Notes under the pieces: model-generated
What the model saw: only the letters and a program-made list of their open reading frames with translations
Told to the model about the DNA's origin: nothing
The model's database searches: none
Position numbers and translations under genes: made by a program
Assembly: GCA_017499595.2 (NCBI GenBank)
Contig: CM039000.1
Location: 3,100,001-3,164,000, forward strand
Source: Psilocybe cubensis
Lineage: Eukaryota
Length of the DNA stretch: 64,000 nucleotides
Reading direction: 5' to 3'
In this document: piece after piece, positions 12,660 through 27,223 of the stretch
Layout: each line of letters starts with the position of its first letter
How positions within the stretch are numbered: the stretch's first letter is position 1

Positions 12660-12861
12660 TAACAGTTTGTTAGGCTGGAATTTAAAGTGTAATGCTTCAA
12701 TTAACGTTACATCACAGGATTACACGGCTTTCTACTTTGTTCTATATCTCTCGCTCTAGATCAATAATTGCTTATACTATCTTGCACGGTGGAAATGGGC
12801 GTAAATCTAAGTGTATACTCATGATTTTCCGGACGATTTGGATGATGCATGAAACAAGTAC

Positions 12862-14243
12862 TTACAGCATATCAAACACCTCATCTGGAGAATAATCTGT
12901 CCATTCGTCTCCGGTCCATTCCATAGCTCCTCCTGATACTTCGATACGAACCCCACGGTCATTGCAGGCATTTAACCAGGTATACCACAGACTTTCTTCC
13001 TCCTCCAAAAGTATAGGAGCCGTATTGCTCCTACCCTGTACAGACAAAAAGATTTTCACGCACTTTAGGTGCGGAAAATTATACGGCGACAAAAGGGAGG
13101 TCAACATTTCGTCAAGCTGCATGAGTAGCTCCGTACAGGCGTCAAGCTTCATCATGAGCATTTGGCGACGCATATGGTCGATGTTTTCTATCATGATGCA
13201 CTCCAAATGCTCATGTCTGATATGCCTCTCCCAAGAAGTCTTCAGGTTCGCCAACTCGCCAATGTTGACAGATAATGTGGTTAGACTGGGCCAGTCATTC
13301 AGGTTGGCAAAGACTCCCCAAGAGTTGGAAATCGAGCAGTATTGAACCAAGCTTCTGTTAATAAGGGGGAAGCCCATGGTTGCTAAACCCAAAATGCATG
13401 CCCGAAGGCTGGGTAGCTCGATTCTACTTATATAGGTTTCGCATCCCGCTGTCGCGATCAGGGCACGGATGTTGGGCAGAACAATTCTTGTCTTCAAACG
13501 ATCCAGCGACAACAAGCAGCGGCAAGGAACTAGCCACAATATTTCTAAGCGATTCCCCAAGGTCTCCTCGATGATAGGTAATATACAATGGTCAGCCTTG
13601 ACTTCCAGGCGCGTCAATCTAGAATTTTGCGAGAGACGCCTCAGAATTTTGGGAAGCTCGTATGTCCATGGTTCGTCTGTCGAAAAAGCCGAGGAAAAAG
13701 ACGCGAGATTCGGACAATGTTTGAAAATACGGGACATCGCGATCGTGTGCTCGGGTAACCACGCGTGGACTCCTTCCAGAACGAGGTCAATCCTAATCGT
13801 CCATCTTCCAGGACCTTCCCGACAATCTTTCTGTGGTGACAACCTCTTTAGGGTGTCCGCAATGAGACTGGCGTCTTCTCCTGCCCTTATTCGAAGATGT
13901 TCGAATATGATCGGCTGTGCGACTCTGCTCCAATATTTGCAGACAAGGCAAAATGCAAGCTTCGCCTGCATCGCTTCTCTATATCGATTGCTGAGACATA
14001 TTCCATGGCGGTCGCGAGTGAAAGCGGCTATGGCAGCGTAGTCGTCGTCAACTTCGAAGCAACCGGGTATATGTGTTGCAAATGCGAAAATCTTCTCCCA
14101 TATTTCCACTGGTAAAATAGGGGCATATCTAGGTTGCCGAGGCTGTTAAAATTTTGTAAGTATTGTAAGTTCGTCAAGTTTGAATGACGACAAAAATTAC
14201 AAACATCGATGACTGCCGTATTGCGGTGCATCCAGGATTCCAT
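12862..14243 (-). CDS. F-box-like / LRR(RNI)-like protein, probably one short 5' intron
   Basis: PILPVEIWEKIFAF...FCLVCKYWSRVAQPIIFEHLRI is an F-box-like signature, followed by LPNIRAL, LPSLRAC and FPHLKCV repeats. The short first exon MESWMHRNTAVID (ATG 14243) is inferred. Confidence 0.65.
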
Positions 14244-15833
14244 ATCAGGAGAAAAGGTTTCGTGTGTGTAAAGAATGCTGCAGAGCAGGCAGAATTTGTT
14301 TGGTAAATGTTTTTTAAGATGCAGGGCACGTCATGAAGGGTATTTTGGAGCGGCTCGAGATTAGTGGTGTAGTAAAAAAGAGGTGCGACTCGCGTCGCTC
14401 GAGGGCTGACAGACACGGTTAAGGCCTGAGACATAAATATCGGACAAGAAAAGACGCACTTTGATACCAATGCAACCTTTACCATTTATCCTTGTTTTTT
14501 TTATCTGCCATTTTCGTTCCTCTCGACCCTTCAAGTTCGCCTCGCCCATTCTCTGTTTTGCTGTCAATTTTTTTCCTCTTTCATCCTTTTATGTACATTT
14601 TGTGTTGTACCACTCTCGAAATCGAAATCGATGTCCATTCAAATCGCGCAACACAATTTTCTGTCAAGTTTTATCGGCTGCCAGTGCCCGCTATGGTCAG
14701 TAGCAATTTGCAGGACAGGATTCGGAGGGGGGGAAGATGTAGATAAGATTGTGTTAGAAAGTTCAAGGCTGATAACAACATGGACGAGGACACCGGGAAC
14801 ATCATCAAGAACATACATGTCCGGTGTTTTCTTAAGTTCGGGTAACCACTTCAGTAATACAAGGGGTCTATTTTCGAGGTATGATAGTATGGTATGGTAT
14901 GATATGATATGCTAACAGCGATCCCAGATGGAAGTATGTATGTGCGGAAAATAAGAAAACATAGTGTAAATCAGAAAGCAGGATGCGATGGGATGGGAAA
15001 AGATGGTCAGTAATCGAAAAGCAACATTAAGAGCTAAAAAAACACCCATCGTTCGGTTGGTCGTCGCTCTCCCATGTAGGAAGATGTGTCTACGTAAATA
15101 TATACAGTGGGGTTATCATAAAGAACATATCGCAGGGCATCATTTGGGTTGATTCTATGATGCTCGGCCGCACTGGAGTAAAATCACAGGCGCGAGCGCT
15201 AGCGCTTGCTTTGCTCTTTCGCTGTTAAAGCCCCCTCTGGACCTTGGTCGGAATGGTCGGATCTGGTCGAATTAACATTTGTGATAACATTGTCGAGAAT
15301 GATGCAACACCGATGCCGACGACCAGAACTCGTGTAGGAAGACAAACCGAAGTCAAAACAAGGATCATTGGTGACGATATTGAGGAGCAACTTGGGAAGG
15401 AACATGATAGGTGAACAGGGGAGAAAGAATGCAAAGGAGAGCAAGTGTCTTAGCCCTCCTACGTCAGAGCAATTTGTCCTGTACAACCTGGGAATCATGA
15501 ATTCGTTTAAGCGCCTAGATTTGAAATACGAGTCCCTTCGCAACCTCAATTGAATTGAGAGATTGAAAGGCATCGCGATGACCATCGCGCAAAGATACCG
15601 GACCGAGAATGACAAAGGATAGTCTATGATAGTGCAGTTTGTGGGGCATCCTTGGGAGGGATTTTGGTTAATCCACGAAGTATTGTAATGAGATTGGACG
15701 GAAAATGGACGAAGTGGTGGTCCAAGGCCGTACCAAGAAGAACGAATGGTCGATATTTTCAAATACAACAGCAAAAGGAGTAAGAGTAAGGCGGAGCCGT
15801 GGCCATCGACGAGGGTATTGTGATATGGGGTTT

Positions 15834-17692
15834 TCAGCGTTTCATGCCCAGGACGATGGGAGGTCCGGCGACTTTGCTCCAGCGCGATTGTGCAAGTGGA
15901 CCATATCGGAATTCTAGGCGCGGTGTAGTGCCCAGTGTAATGGAAGCAGGAACAGGTGGAGGTCGCATTTGATTTGTGTGTGGGTACTGGTGCGCCTGTG
16001 GCTGTGGCTGCTGGGGTTGTCCAAGGCGGGCTTTCCATGCTGCTCGGATAGCATTTGATCTTTCAAGAAGCTGTAGTTTTATGCAGCAATATAGTATACG
16101 GTAAGCCATGGGGAGTTAGATGACTGAGTTGACAGAGCACATACCGCTTCCTTTTCAACCCCATCTGCAATGCTAGATATAATGTTTTCGACGACACTTT
16201 TGTGATTTCCATTCGGTTTGTCGTCTCTAAAGCGCATCATTCGCCATCGCGAAATATTGGAATCCCAGTGGACTTCTACTATCCGGTCGTCAACCTGTTC
16301 GCCGGACTTCTTTAACCTATGGAAACGGAGAACAAAATGTTAGCGATGCACAAGAAACTTCTTTTACAACTGGCTCGGAAATAAGTCAAGTCAGGTTAGT
16401 ACTTACTCCTCCCATTCGTCATCATTTACATACATGTCATCATAAAGCTCATACCTCCCGCCCCCGTTCCAGACGTGTAACAAGAACACAGGTTTAGCAG
16501 TCCAGTCTGGCTCGTCTTCATCGTATCGTGTGGGAGGGAAACGAAGCACAAGTTTGAAGTCGATCGAATTCTCGGATGGTGGTTTCCACTTCAATCTGAA
16601 ATAGAAGTTGAGTAATGAGGCGACGTGTTGGATACAATCGGGCATACATGTTGGGGTCAGTGCCGGGTGTATACGGCGAATTCACGCAGGTGTAAATAAG
16701 CCCATCGTTGCCATGCTGCAGAGCAGGAATGTCATCGTTGAAGACATTCTCAACGTGATATGATAATCTGGTGTCTTTAACTTTGATACTGAAATCCAGT
16801 GAACGGTGAGAACGAAGTTAGATAGGTGCAAAATGTACCTAAAAGGCTGCACTTCCATCATCTTGGGGTGATCCATCAACATTTTTGCATGGGGTTTGAA
16901 AAACCATTGCTTCAATCTCTGGACGAAACGTCAGCAACCTCCCGACTGATAATCGCAGGAAAGACCTGACTCCGTATCTCTTGTCTAAGGGCCTTGACAT
17001 AACGTTCTGATCATCGATTACAAGGCAATCGAAGGCGAGGAACCGCATCTTTTCCTATAGCAGCAAAAGTTAGACCCATTTGTTGCAATGCTGCAGGGGC
17101 TGTACGCACCTGTTTCGTCCGTGGATCAACATCAATGACAAGTTCTCCGTCGACAAGGCTACTTCGAAGCGGCAATTGGGGATTTTCATGGTGGGGAAAG
17201 AAGAAGCCTTCGATTTGACGGTATTCATTGTGTCTGTCTATCTAGTGCACGTCAAAAAAGTGAGTCACTTGCTCCGCGACGCGTAAAAGGGCGCGTTACC
17301 AGATAGGCCGTTTGATCATTGTTATCCAGGTTAGTTACCACGAGGAAAAGTACTCGAATGCCATCCGACTTTTCGCAGACCCAGAAACTGCCACAAAGAA
17401 AGCGAGTTTTAGAGAGGTGCGTGAGAGCTAAATACTGAGAAATGGCGCACTCTTGGGTTTCTAATTTTGCTAAGTCACTAGAGGCAAAACTGACAGGCTG
17501 GCTTCCGGGAAATCTAAAAAGAGGCAGGCATTCGAGGATTATGGTTAACGCCGCACGGGAGTAAGAAAGGATCAGCATGACCTGCCTTTCGTGATTATCG
17601 AACTGACACAAGCGAGCGACATGCATTTTGAGCCATTTGTCCTGGTCAGAGTACTTTGGAACAACGATTCCGGGGAGTTTTGGTATGGGCAT
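15834..17692 (-). CDS. CEG1: mRNA capping enzyme alpha subunit (GTP:RNA guanylyltransferase), multi-exon
   Basis: FPGSQPVSF, motif I VCEKSDGIR (KxDG), FLAFDCL, HGNDGLIYT, LKWKPPSENSIDF and OB-fold RWRMMRFRDDK. Confidence 0.92.
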
Positions 17693-17984
17693 TATAGTGG
17701 TGGTGGATGTAGAGAGTTCATGCAAGCAGGGCCTTGATAAGGCGTTTATATAAGTAGAGAGCAACTATTACACCCTGCAACGCCTAAAAACCTCCAACAC
17801 ACAAAGTCCCGTGCTTGCCGTAAATCTTAAGTAAGCTGACCTCCTTTCGGCTAACTTAAGAGAAGCCTCGTTCTCATTGTCGCCCACATCGCAACCCACA
17901 GATGATCAGATGAGAAAAAGAAATGTCATTCAGAAGTACATGATAAACAGCGATGTAACAGGATAACAGAAATAACAACTAAAA

Positions 17985-18799
17985 TCATCGGTCCTCTGCC
18001 CATTCCTAATAGGAGCAAAAACATTAGTTTCCTTGCTGATGCTCTGATAAAAAATGAGCGCTTACGTTCTCCTTCTTGATCTGGGCCTGATGATAGGAAG
18101 AACTCGATGAGATACTGATCGATGTGATTGTGCAAAAACTACTAACCTCCTCCTCGGGTGTGAAGTCGTTAACAATATTGAAGAGCTTGCGAATCTCCTC
18201 GGGGGTCTTGCCCTTGATCATGTTAGCGACGGTCTTACATCCAACATCGCTGTGGGGTAGTCCGACCTAATTAGTGACACGTGGGAGTGAGTCAATACAC
18301 GGCGGCTTACAGAAGTGATTTGATGTCGAGGTAATTGGCCGCAAGAATGATTTCGAACAGCATCTCCTGGTCTACCGTAATGAATTTTTGGTCCCATTCA
18401 CTGATATCAGTCGTGCGTTTTCTCGTCTCGTCTTGGCTCTGGTCAGCGTCAGCTGCGGGAAGGGGCTCGCCACGATGGTGTTCGCAGTACTCCAGAACCT
18501 AGATTTAGAACGAGTGGCGCACGTACTCAGTGTCGTGATAAAGACATAAATGAGCGTGCTCAGCGCACCTTCTTCATGACACTGGATGAGACATTGGGCA
18601 AAGGGATGGGCTGGTCAGACTCGCCAACATCTAGAGAAAACACGATCAATGGACAAGTCGAACAGGAATGCTTGCAAACACATAATTGCACAGCAGTTAT
18701 CCACGCACCCTCAAGCATGTTCTTAATCAAAACCGAGCGCTCGACAACATCCTTGTCGGCGTTGAATTGTTCGTTGTCGGAGGTGACGAGAAGAACCAT
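17985..18799 (-). CDS. SKP1: SCF ubiquitin ligase subunit Skp1, multi-exon
   Basis: [12 protein letters not shown]...[22 protein letters not shown]...[14 protein letters not shown]...[24 protein letters not shown]...ENEWAEDR-stop. Confidence 0.97.
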
Positions 18800-18969
18800 T
18801 TTGAAGGGAAAGGATATAAGGGGTGGTATAGAGTCAGAGTAAGTGATTGTTCTAGGTGAAAGGATACCTTTATAAATTGGTTGTGTGTGGTTCGGTGATA
18901 GCCGACGGTCCCAAGGGTCCGTGCTTTATTATCTTTTTCGAGTCAACGCGACTAGTATTACAACGAAGA

Positions 18970-19561
18970 ATGTCCTTTCTAACTCGTTGTATAGACTTGG
19001 CCAAACGGTCGCCCTTCACTTTTCTAGGTTGGGCCTTTTACTCTCGTCTTCGTCGCATTGACTGACTTGGTACAGGGGCCGTTCGTACTGCTACAAAGCG
19101 CGCTGGCGGCACAGTCCACAATCATGGTGGTTCCCCTGGCAAACGCCTAGGTGTCAAAAAATTCTCTGGTATTGTCTTGCCATTGTACTCTGTCATAATG
19201 CGACTAAGGACGTCGTCCCATTTAGACCAATTTGTTCTTCCTGGCAATATCATTGTGAGACAGCGCGGCACATTGTTCCATCCTGGCCAACATGTACGTC
19301 CCGTCCCGATTCCGGAATGAGACTATTACTGACCCCCGGTCTGTTTAGGTAAAAATGGGACGTGATCACACAATATATGCCACAGTGCCGGGCTTTGTTC
19401 GTTTCTACAAGGAAAAGCATATGAGAGGGGAGCGCAAATATGTTGGCGTTGTGCTCGAACGCGGAGATAAACTTCCACGCGACGAGGCCACCCGCGGGCG
19501 CAGTCGTTTCTGCGGCATGGTAGATCGAAACAGCCCCGAGTTCTCGCTTTCTACCAGCTAG
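18970..19561 (+). CDS. MRP7: Mitochondrial ribosomal protein bL27m, multi-exon
   Basis: [10 protein letters not shown]...GKRLGVKKF...[29 protein letters not shown], the L27 signature, preceded by a basic presequence. Confidence 0.9.
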
Positions 19562-19903
19562 ATACCCAGCCAGTGTAGGTTGGATTGATGCTCGTCGGTG
19601 CTGTCAGCTGTGTATTTATATCATCTCATTAGAGGCTTAAACACCTAATCTTAATAAATCCAGGCTTGTAAAAAAAATCTGAAGCTGTGTTGTTGATGGA
19701 CCCTGTTGCTCTTTCTGCTTCTGTTCTTTTGTGTTTGAAGTGCTTCAGAACTCTTAGCATTGTGCACCGCAGTCGAAGGGCTACGAAGATCATAAACATG
19801 TCCTCGGCTCTATAAATAGTCACATTCACAGGGCAACGGTTCGATACCGCCTTAAAGCATCCCGATATCCTTCCTTTCTCAAGGCGCAACCACCACCACC
19901 ACG

Positions 19904-20874
19904 ATGACCACCGAGGCAAATCCGACACCTTTGCTCACCATCACGCCCTTGAAGCCGTCTGGTATGTGTGAAGTGGGATGCTCAAAGAATAGGAAATTAA
20001 CTTTGTTCTGTGCAGAGATACCTCCAGAGGAAAGGATAATTGCTGAAGGAAAGACATTGATAGAGTCGTCGGTGTCGTGGAAAGCCGGAAAAACATACTT
20101 CGACGTCGTCAAGACCAGCACTCGTGGCAAACTTGCAGGCGACGGCGCTCCTTGGCATTGCCGTTACAGTGTGCACAAACCAGACGAAATCACTTTCGAT
20201 CAGCTTTGGGAAAAACTATCCCGTAACAAGGCGGAAAATGAGCTACAGTGTGTTTTCCTCCTTTCCTCCGTCCGTCGGTTCTGTTACCATGCTTATCAAA
20301 TTTTCATTGGAAAAGGTTTATACATGAAATTCAGAAAGTCAACAAAATAAAAGAACTGTCTCCGACTGCCTCCATTTGGACACTCTACTATACCTTCCTC
20401 CCACCAGTTTCACCTCGCGTTTTTACTGTGGTTCAGGTTGTCCATCTCTCTGAAGAGAAACCACGAACAGGGTGAATTCTTACCGATGATGTCAAACAAT
20501 GGCTCGATCTCAACCATGCTGTTCCAGGTTGATCGTATCTCTTTCCATTGATTTAACGTCTAAAGGTGATGAAGAACTCCACCTCCTCGAAGAAAAAGGT
20601 ACCAAGGGTCGCTATGTTAGCGTTGAGAGAGTCATGGAGCTGGAAGACGGTACTACGGAATGGCGTATGGCTACATCCAGTACCCCAGGTGGCAACATTC
20701 CCAACTTCCTCGTTGAGAGCACTATGGCTAAGAAAATTGCCTCAGTGCGTGCTATCTCCGTTATTTAGCTTCGGTTCCGCAGTTTATATACTAACATGGC
20801 TTGCCTAATCACCTTTTCTTCAGGATGTGCCGCAGTTCATCAAATGGTTCCAAAAATCAACATCAAAGAAGTAA
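19904..20874 (+). CDS. DUF3074 (START/SRPBCC-like) protein, multi-exon
   Basis: PWHCRYSVH, YTFLPPVSPRVF, GRYVSVERV, EWRMATSSTPGGNIP, DVPQFIKW; TATAAATA at 19811. Confidence 0.75.
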
Positions 20875-21094
20875 AGAGCTCATTTTGTTCTATCATCTTG
20901 TTTTAGCGGCAGCATACATGGCTTCTGCTATATATTTAGGAATAATTGTTTACAAAGCGCATTTAACATGGAAAGAGTTCTGTGCGCGCTTCCATATAAA
21001 TATTGGTTCAGACTATTTTGATTTCTCTAGGTATTTGATACAAACAAAAATTCCTCGATTACAGATCCCTGAACAAAAGAAACGTCCAAAATTT

Positions 21095-23339
21095 TCAAGC
21101 AAGTTCAAGGTATCGTTCAACTATTACAATTCAGCCACAATGCATCAGAAGAGTGTAAAGAAAAAACTTACCTTCCCAATTAGTCACAGCCTCGTTCCAA
21201 AGCTTGACTTCATGCTCTCGAGTACCGCCATAATGATCAACAAAGTCGTTTCCAAACACTTCAGGTTCACGTGCGATGCTATCAGGACGCATCATGCGGG
21301 CAGTGGCAGACTCCAACGATGTGGGTAGCATCTTGATCTTATTCAACCCCCGACGATGAGCCATCTCCTTTGTATATTGATTGTCAAGAGTAACACACCT
21401 TTCCATTGCTTCTATCTTCCGGGCTAAAATGAGTGATGGGTGGGCCAGGGAGTGCGAGCTTTTTATTGATGCCTCGCAAGCCAAGTCTGAATATGGCGCT
21501 TAGAGCAAAGTAAGGGTTCATGTCTGCCCCTGGGATACGCACTTCCATCCGTGTCCCTGCAGGTGGACAAGATGGCGGCGAGATGATCCTGATCGAAGCT
21601 GCTCGAGAATCGTAGCCATATGTCACAGCATTAGGCGCCCAGAAGGCCTCTCCGCCGACGAGGCGTTTGTAACCGTTGATAGTAGGCACGACCTAAACAA
21701 CGTCAGTGACCTTGTAGTTCATTCGTAGGTTGTAAAGCATCGATACCGCAGGCATGACTGGGGTGCAAAGTAAATGAGTACTAGAAACAAGGAAGTTCGA
21801 AAAAACAATGTCGCACCGTCAGCAATTCCATCAAGTATTCCAGCAAGGAACCATTCCGCTTCCTGACTGATAAACTTCGTATCTTCATTAGTGGCATTGG
21901 GCCTCCCACTTTTCAATTCCTCGTCCGTGACAGCAAAGATGTTTCGGCCTTTTTTGTTTCTGAGCGATACATGGACATGTCTGGTGAAAAGGTTAGGTAA
22001 GACGTTTGTTTATACGTTTGCAGGCTTACCCGCTACAACCAGGAAGCTTGATAAGTGTTAGCGTATAGAAACAGCAGTGTGCTTTGGAGAACTTACTCCA
22101 CCCCATGGCTTGGCCATAAAGCTGGGTATTATACCATGCTTCATACCGACACTTTTGGCAATATATTTGAATAGAATGGCATTGTCAGCCATTCTCAAAG
22201 CTGAGGTATAAGCAAGTGCGGTCTCTAGAACTCCTGGACCAGTTTCGGTATCTAATAGATGTGTAGGTAGGATCACCGAAACCTAGGATATGAATCTTAC
22301 GGTGTCCTTCGATCTGAACATCAAATTTGAGGCTTTCGTCGAACAAGTCGTGGAAGTAGTCATTGTTGAGTTGAGTCCTAAGTAACGAATATCCATGCAC
22401 TTGATTTGAAGTCAGTCGAATGAACTACATCTGAGTTGATTGATTGTGTCCTAACTTCCTGGGGTCAAAGGATGAAGGTTTGTGAAGTTCTTCTCTGCCA
22501 CTGACTGTGCAGTCTCTGTAGACCGACAAAATCAGCGTGCTCCAGATACTATTAACCAAAAGTGAATACCTTTGAAATTAAAGTACTATTGAATCACCCA
22601 AAGTCAACACAACAGCTTTCTGAATGTTAAGAAAGTTTGCAATACCTCATACTCGACACCTGAGTAGCACTGATAGCCCATGCTGTCGGCTTGATCTGTG
22701 GTCAACTTGAGCACACCGCGCGGGTCTACCGGGAGCGGCGCTTTGGTGTCTGGATCCAGAAAAGAAACAAGGAAAAAAGGAACATTTCGTTCCCAGGGTA
22801 TGCGACGGAATGAGGAGAGGTCTATGATTGCAGTGATATCTCGATATCCATTGGCCTTGTTCGAAATCAAGAGTTCTTTCGAATACACAGCATCATGGAT
22901 GTCCCATCCACTATTAACATAGTCTGGAATCAGAGGTGCGAATCAGCCGGTAGCGGTTTCCAACATACAAAATAACACTGCAGAATCCGAATCCATCTGA
23001 TTTGGCGGCACTCAGGAATTTTTCGGTTGACTGTGTATTGTAAAGATCAGAAGCCGAGCGATAGATGCAAGTTAATGACTGTTTCAAATCGCACCATAAA
23101 TTTACCTCGCAGCACGCCATCGACTGGTTAGAAGTTACTCAGTTCCCCGAATAACAGAAAAGAGTGAGATGACTTCACCGTCAACGCCTTAGGGACACGG
23201 AGCAAATGAAAAGATAAGGATTAACTTTGTTATGGGTTGGCGTTGCATCCAACTCACCAGCAACTTTGATCTTGGGTTCCCCATTGAGAGCCTCCTTCAG
23301 TTCATCAAATGATTTTAGTGCGATTTGTGTAGGAGACAT
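21095..23339 (-). CDS. Glutamine synthetase-like (type I / FluG-C / gamma-glutamyl-amine ligase family) protein, many exons
   Basis: DVDGVLRGK, SGVEYEYF, HTETGPGVLE, SFMAKP, GCSGHVHVS, PTINGYKRL, RAASIR, RMEVRIPGADMNPY, WEVERYLELA-stop. Confidence 0.88.
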
Positions 23340-24166
23340 TCTGGCGATGAGCGTGGTAAAGCAGTATAAGGTCAAGCAAGTTCATTGTTACTTGTTGAGG
23401 CGACTCTTCTATGATGTAGTAGATCACCAAAAGGGGAATGTATGTACAATGAATTCCTCCGCGTGATTCGACCGTCATCGTCCTTGTCTTGGTTTGCTCA
23501 CCACTGGGCCTCCGCCCCTTCGTCAACTTTCTGGGTAACGTCTCATGAGACACCCACATCAATACACCTCAATGATCATGTTCGAAATGCTCCAGCGTTG
23601 ACAGCGAAGGATTCAGAGCAAGGTACGAGTCAGAATAATCTCAACGCGCAACGAATCTCGCGCCTCGCGCCACGCGCCTATCGAAGTCGTATATTAAAGC
23701 CAGCTTGCGAGCTAGCTCCGAGAATCAAAGACTTTGAATTCTTGAAGTGTATGACTTTGGCAGACTATCAGAATTTGAGTTGAATCTACCACCTGAATAG
23801 CTTATGCACCTCTGCCATCTTGTCGTAGTGGCACGTTGATGTGCGATGATATGATAAATGAGAATCCGGTGATCCTTTCGAACCAACTTTAATTGACAGT
23901 CATCCTTGAACGAATACCATCACCTTCTTCTCGCTATCCTTCATCAATGGCCTGTGGGTCCATGTAGAATGCTCTCAAGACTTGGTGGTCTTCGGCTTAT
24001 TGGACGTCCAATCCGCCCGAACGCTTACTCAGAAATGTCAATGATGACTTATCAATCATGGACGGCAGGTCTTATCTTTCGGTGCAGAAGTGGTAGAATC
24101 ACCAAGCTCAATTCCTGATTGTTATTTCTCATCTTCATCACCTTCAAAGTCTTACACTTTTCGAAA

Positions 24167-25899
<1,733 letters not shown>

Positions 25900-27223
25900 A
25901 TAATTGCATTGTCATGCTGCTTTACATTATCAAAAAAACTTTTTGTCGCCAATTTGCGTACACTTTAAAGCAACGTGTACTTTAATCTATGTTCTTTAGG
26001 TCGGGTGACAGCCTTTTTCCGTAAAATGAGATTACGGATAAGGATGAAATGAAGACTTTTCACCAGGGCCAGGGCCAGGGGCAGAGTAAGACAATATTGA
26101 CTTTGATTTATTTCTGAGAGAACAGAAAGAAATGGGCAGAGAGAGAAAAAAAGGGTCGTAACGGGGTCGTGAGGGAGACAAAGACGAGAGCGAGATAACA
26201 ATGGGCAACATAGGTAAGTAAAAAGAGAAATGAAACTTGAATGCATATCTAATCGTTACAAATGCTGAGGAGTTCGAGAAGAAAAGAACAGATGAAGGGA
26301 AAGGGAAACAATGAAAGAACAAATAACATGAAGAGAAGGATCCGTGAGTGTAGACATTTGTCTCTACGTATCCTTGTATCTTCCAACGCCACGATATAAG
26401 TTGTGAACAAAAGTTAGATGAAACAATATATGAAAGGCTGTAGATGAAATGATATGAAAACAACGTGAAGATGCGTAAAATATAAGGAATAGATAAACGG
26501 CGAATTTATCGTGATGGGGAAAATAAAAATGTCGTACAATGCATCAACGCGCCTTGGATGGACTGGATCAAGCGGAAGAGAGTGCAGAGATATCTCAAGG
26601 TGGGACCATATGACCACTGGAGGGTACGGCGGAATGAGAAGGCCGCCACAGGATGGCCAAGTCCTTTCCAGTTGCAATTGATAAAGTGGTATCCGGTTCC
26701 TTGGAAGGTGGAAACGAGGAAGTCCATCGGGCACAGCTGTTGGATTCGTGAAAAGTAATAGCCTTTTGAACAAGAACTATTGTTTTTTTTAAAAAAGATG
26801 TTGATTGAAAAGGCGTCGTTAAGAGGCGTGGCGTCGTGTAATGAAACAATGCGATGAGAATGAACAAATAAGCAAGATTGTTGAAGAATGAAATAATGGA
26901 TAATTGCAAATGAATATAAAGTGTTGATGGACGATGCGAGTGTTCGGTGACTGTATATTGATTTGGGAGCCTGTATCTGGGAAACTCCCGAGCAGTTGCG
27001 ATGTATGGATGGTGAGAGATGAAGAGGAATGTTGATATATGCTGAAAAGCTTGTCGAAGTGCAGATGCCGTTTGCAGTGTGGGTTGCGCTGAAAGTAAAA
27101 GATGATACCGGGTAATGGAGAATCTGGAGAGATGGCAGAGCTAAGAGAAATAGCCATGGGGTGGTGTCGAACCCCTGGGTAATTTTTGACGAAATCCCAT
27201 CCTTGACTTCGTTGAAGACCCGC

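Noticed and set aside
15199-16038. 279-aa minus-strand ORF overlapping the last CEG1 exon in another frame
   Set aside because: Composition (S/L/F/C/T-rich, few D/E) fits translation of a pyrimidine-rich 3' UTR; no motif seen. Not excluded without Ribo-seq.
17956-17968. 13-mer GTAACAGGATAAC, also near 29235 and on the minus strand near 2233-2245
   Set aside because: The three contexts are unrelated (3' UTR, intergenic, intron donor) and there is no extended similarity; compatible with chance.
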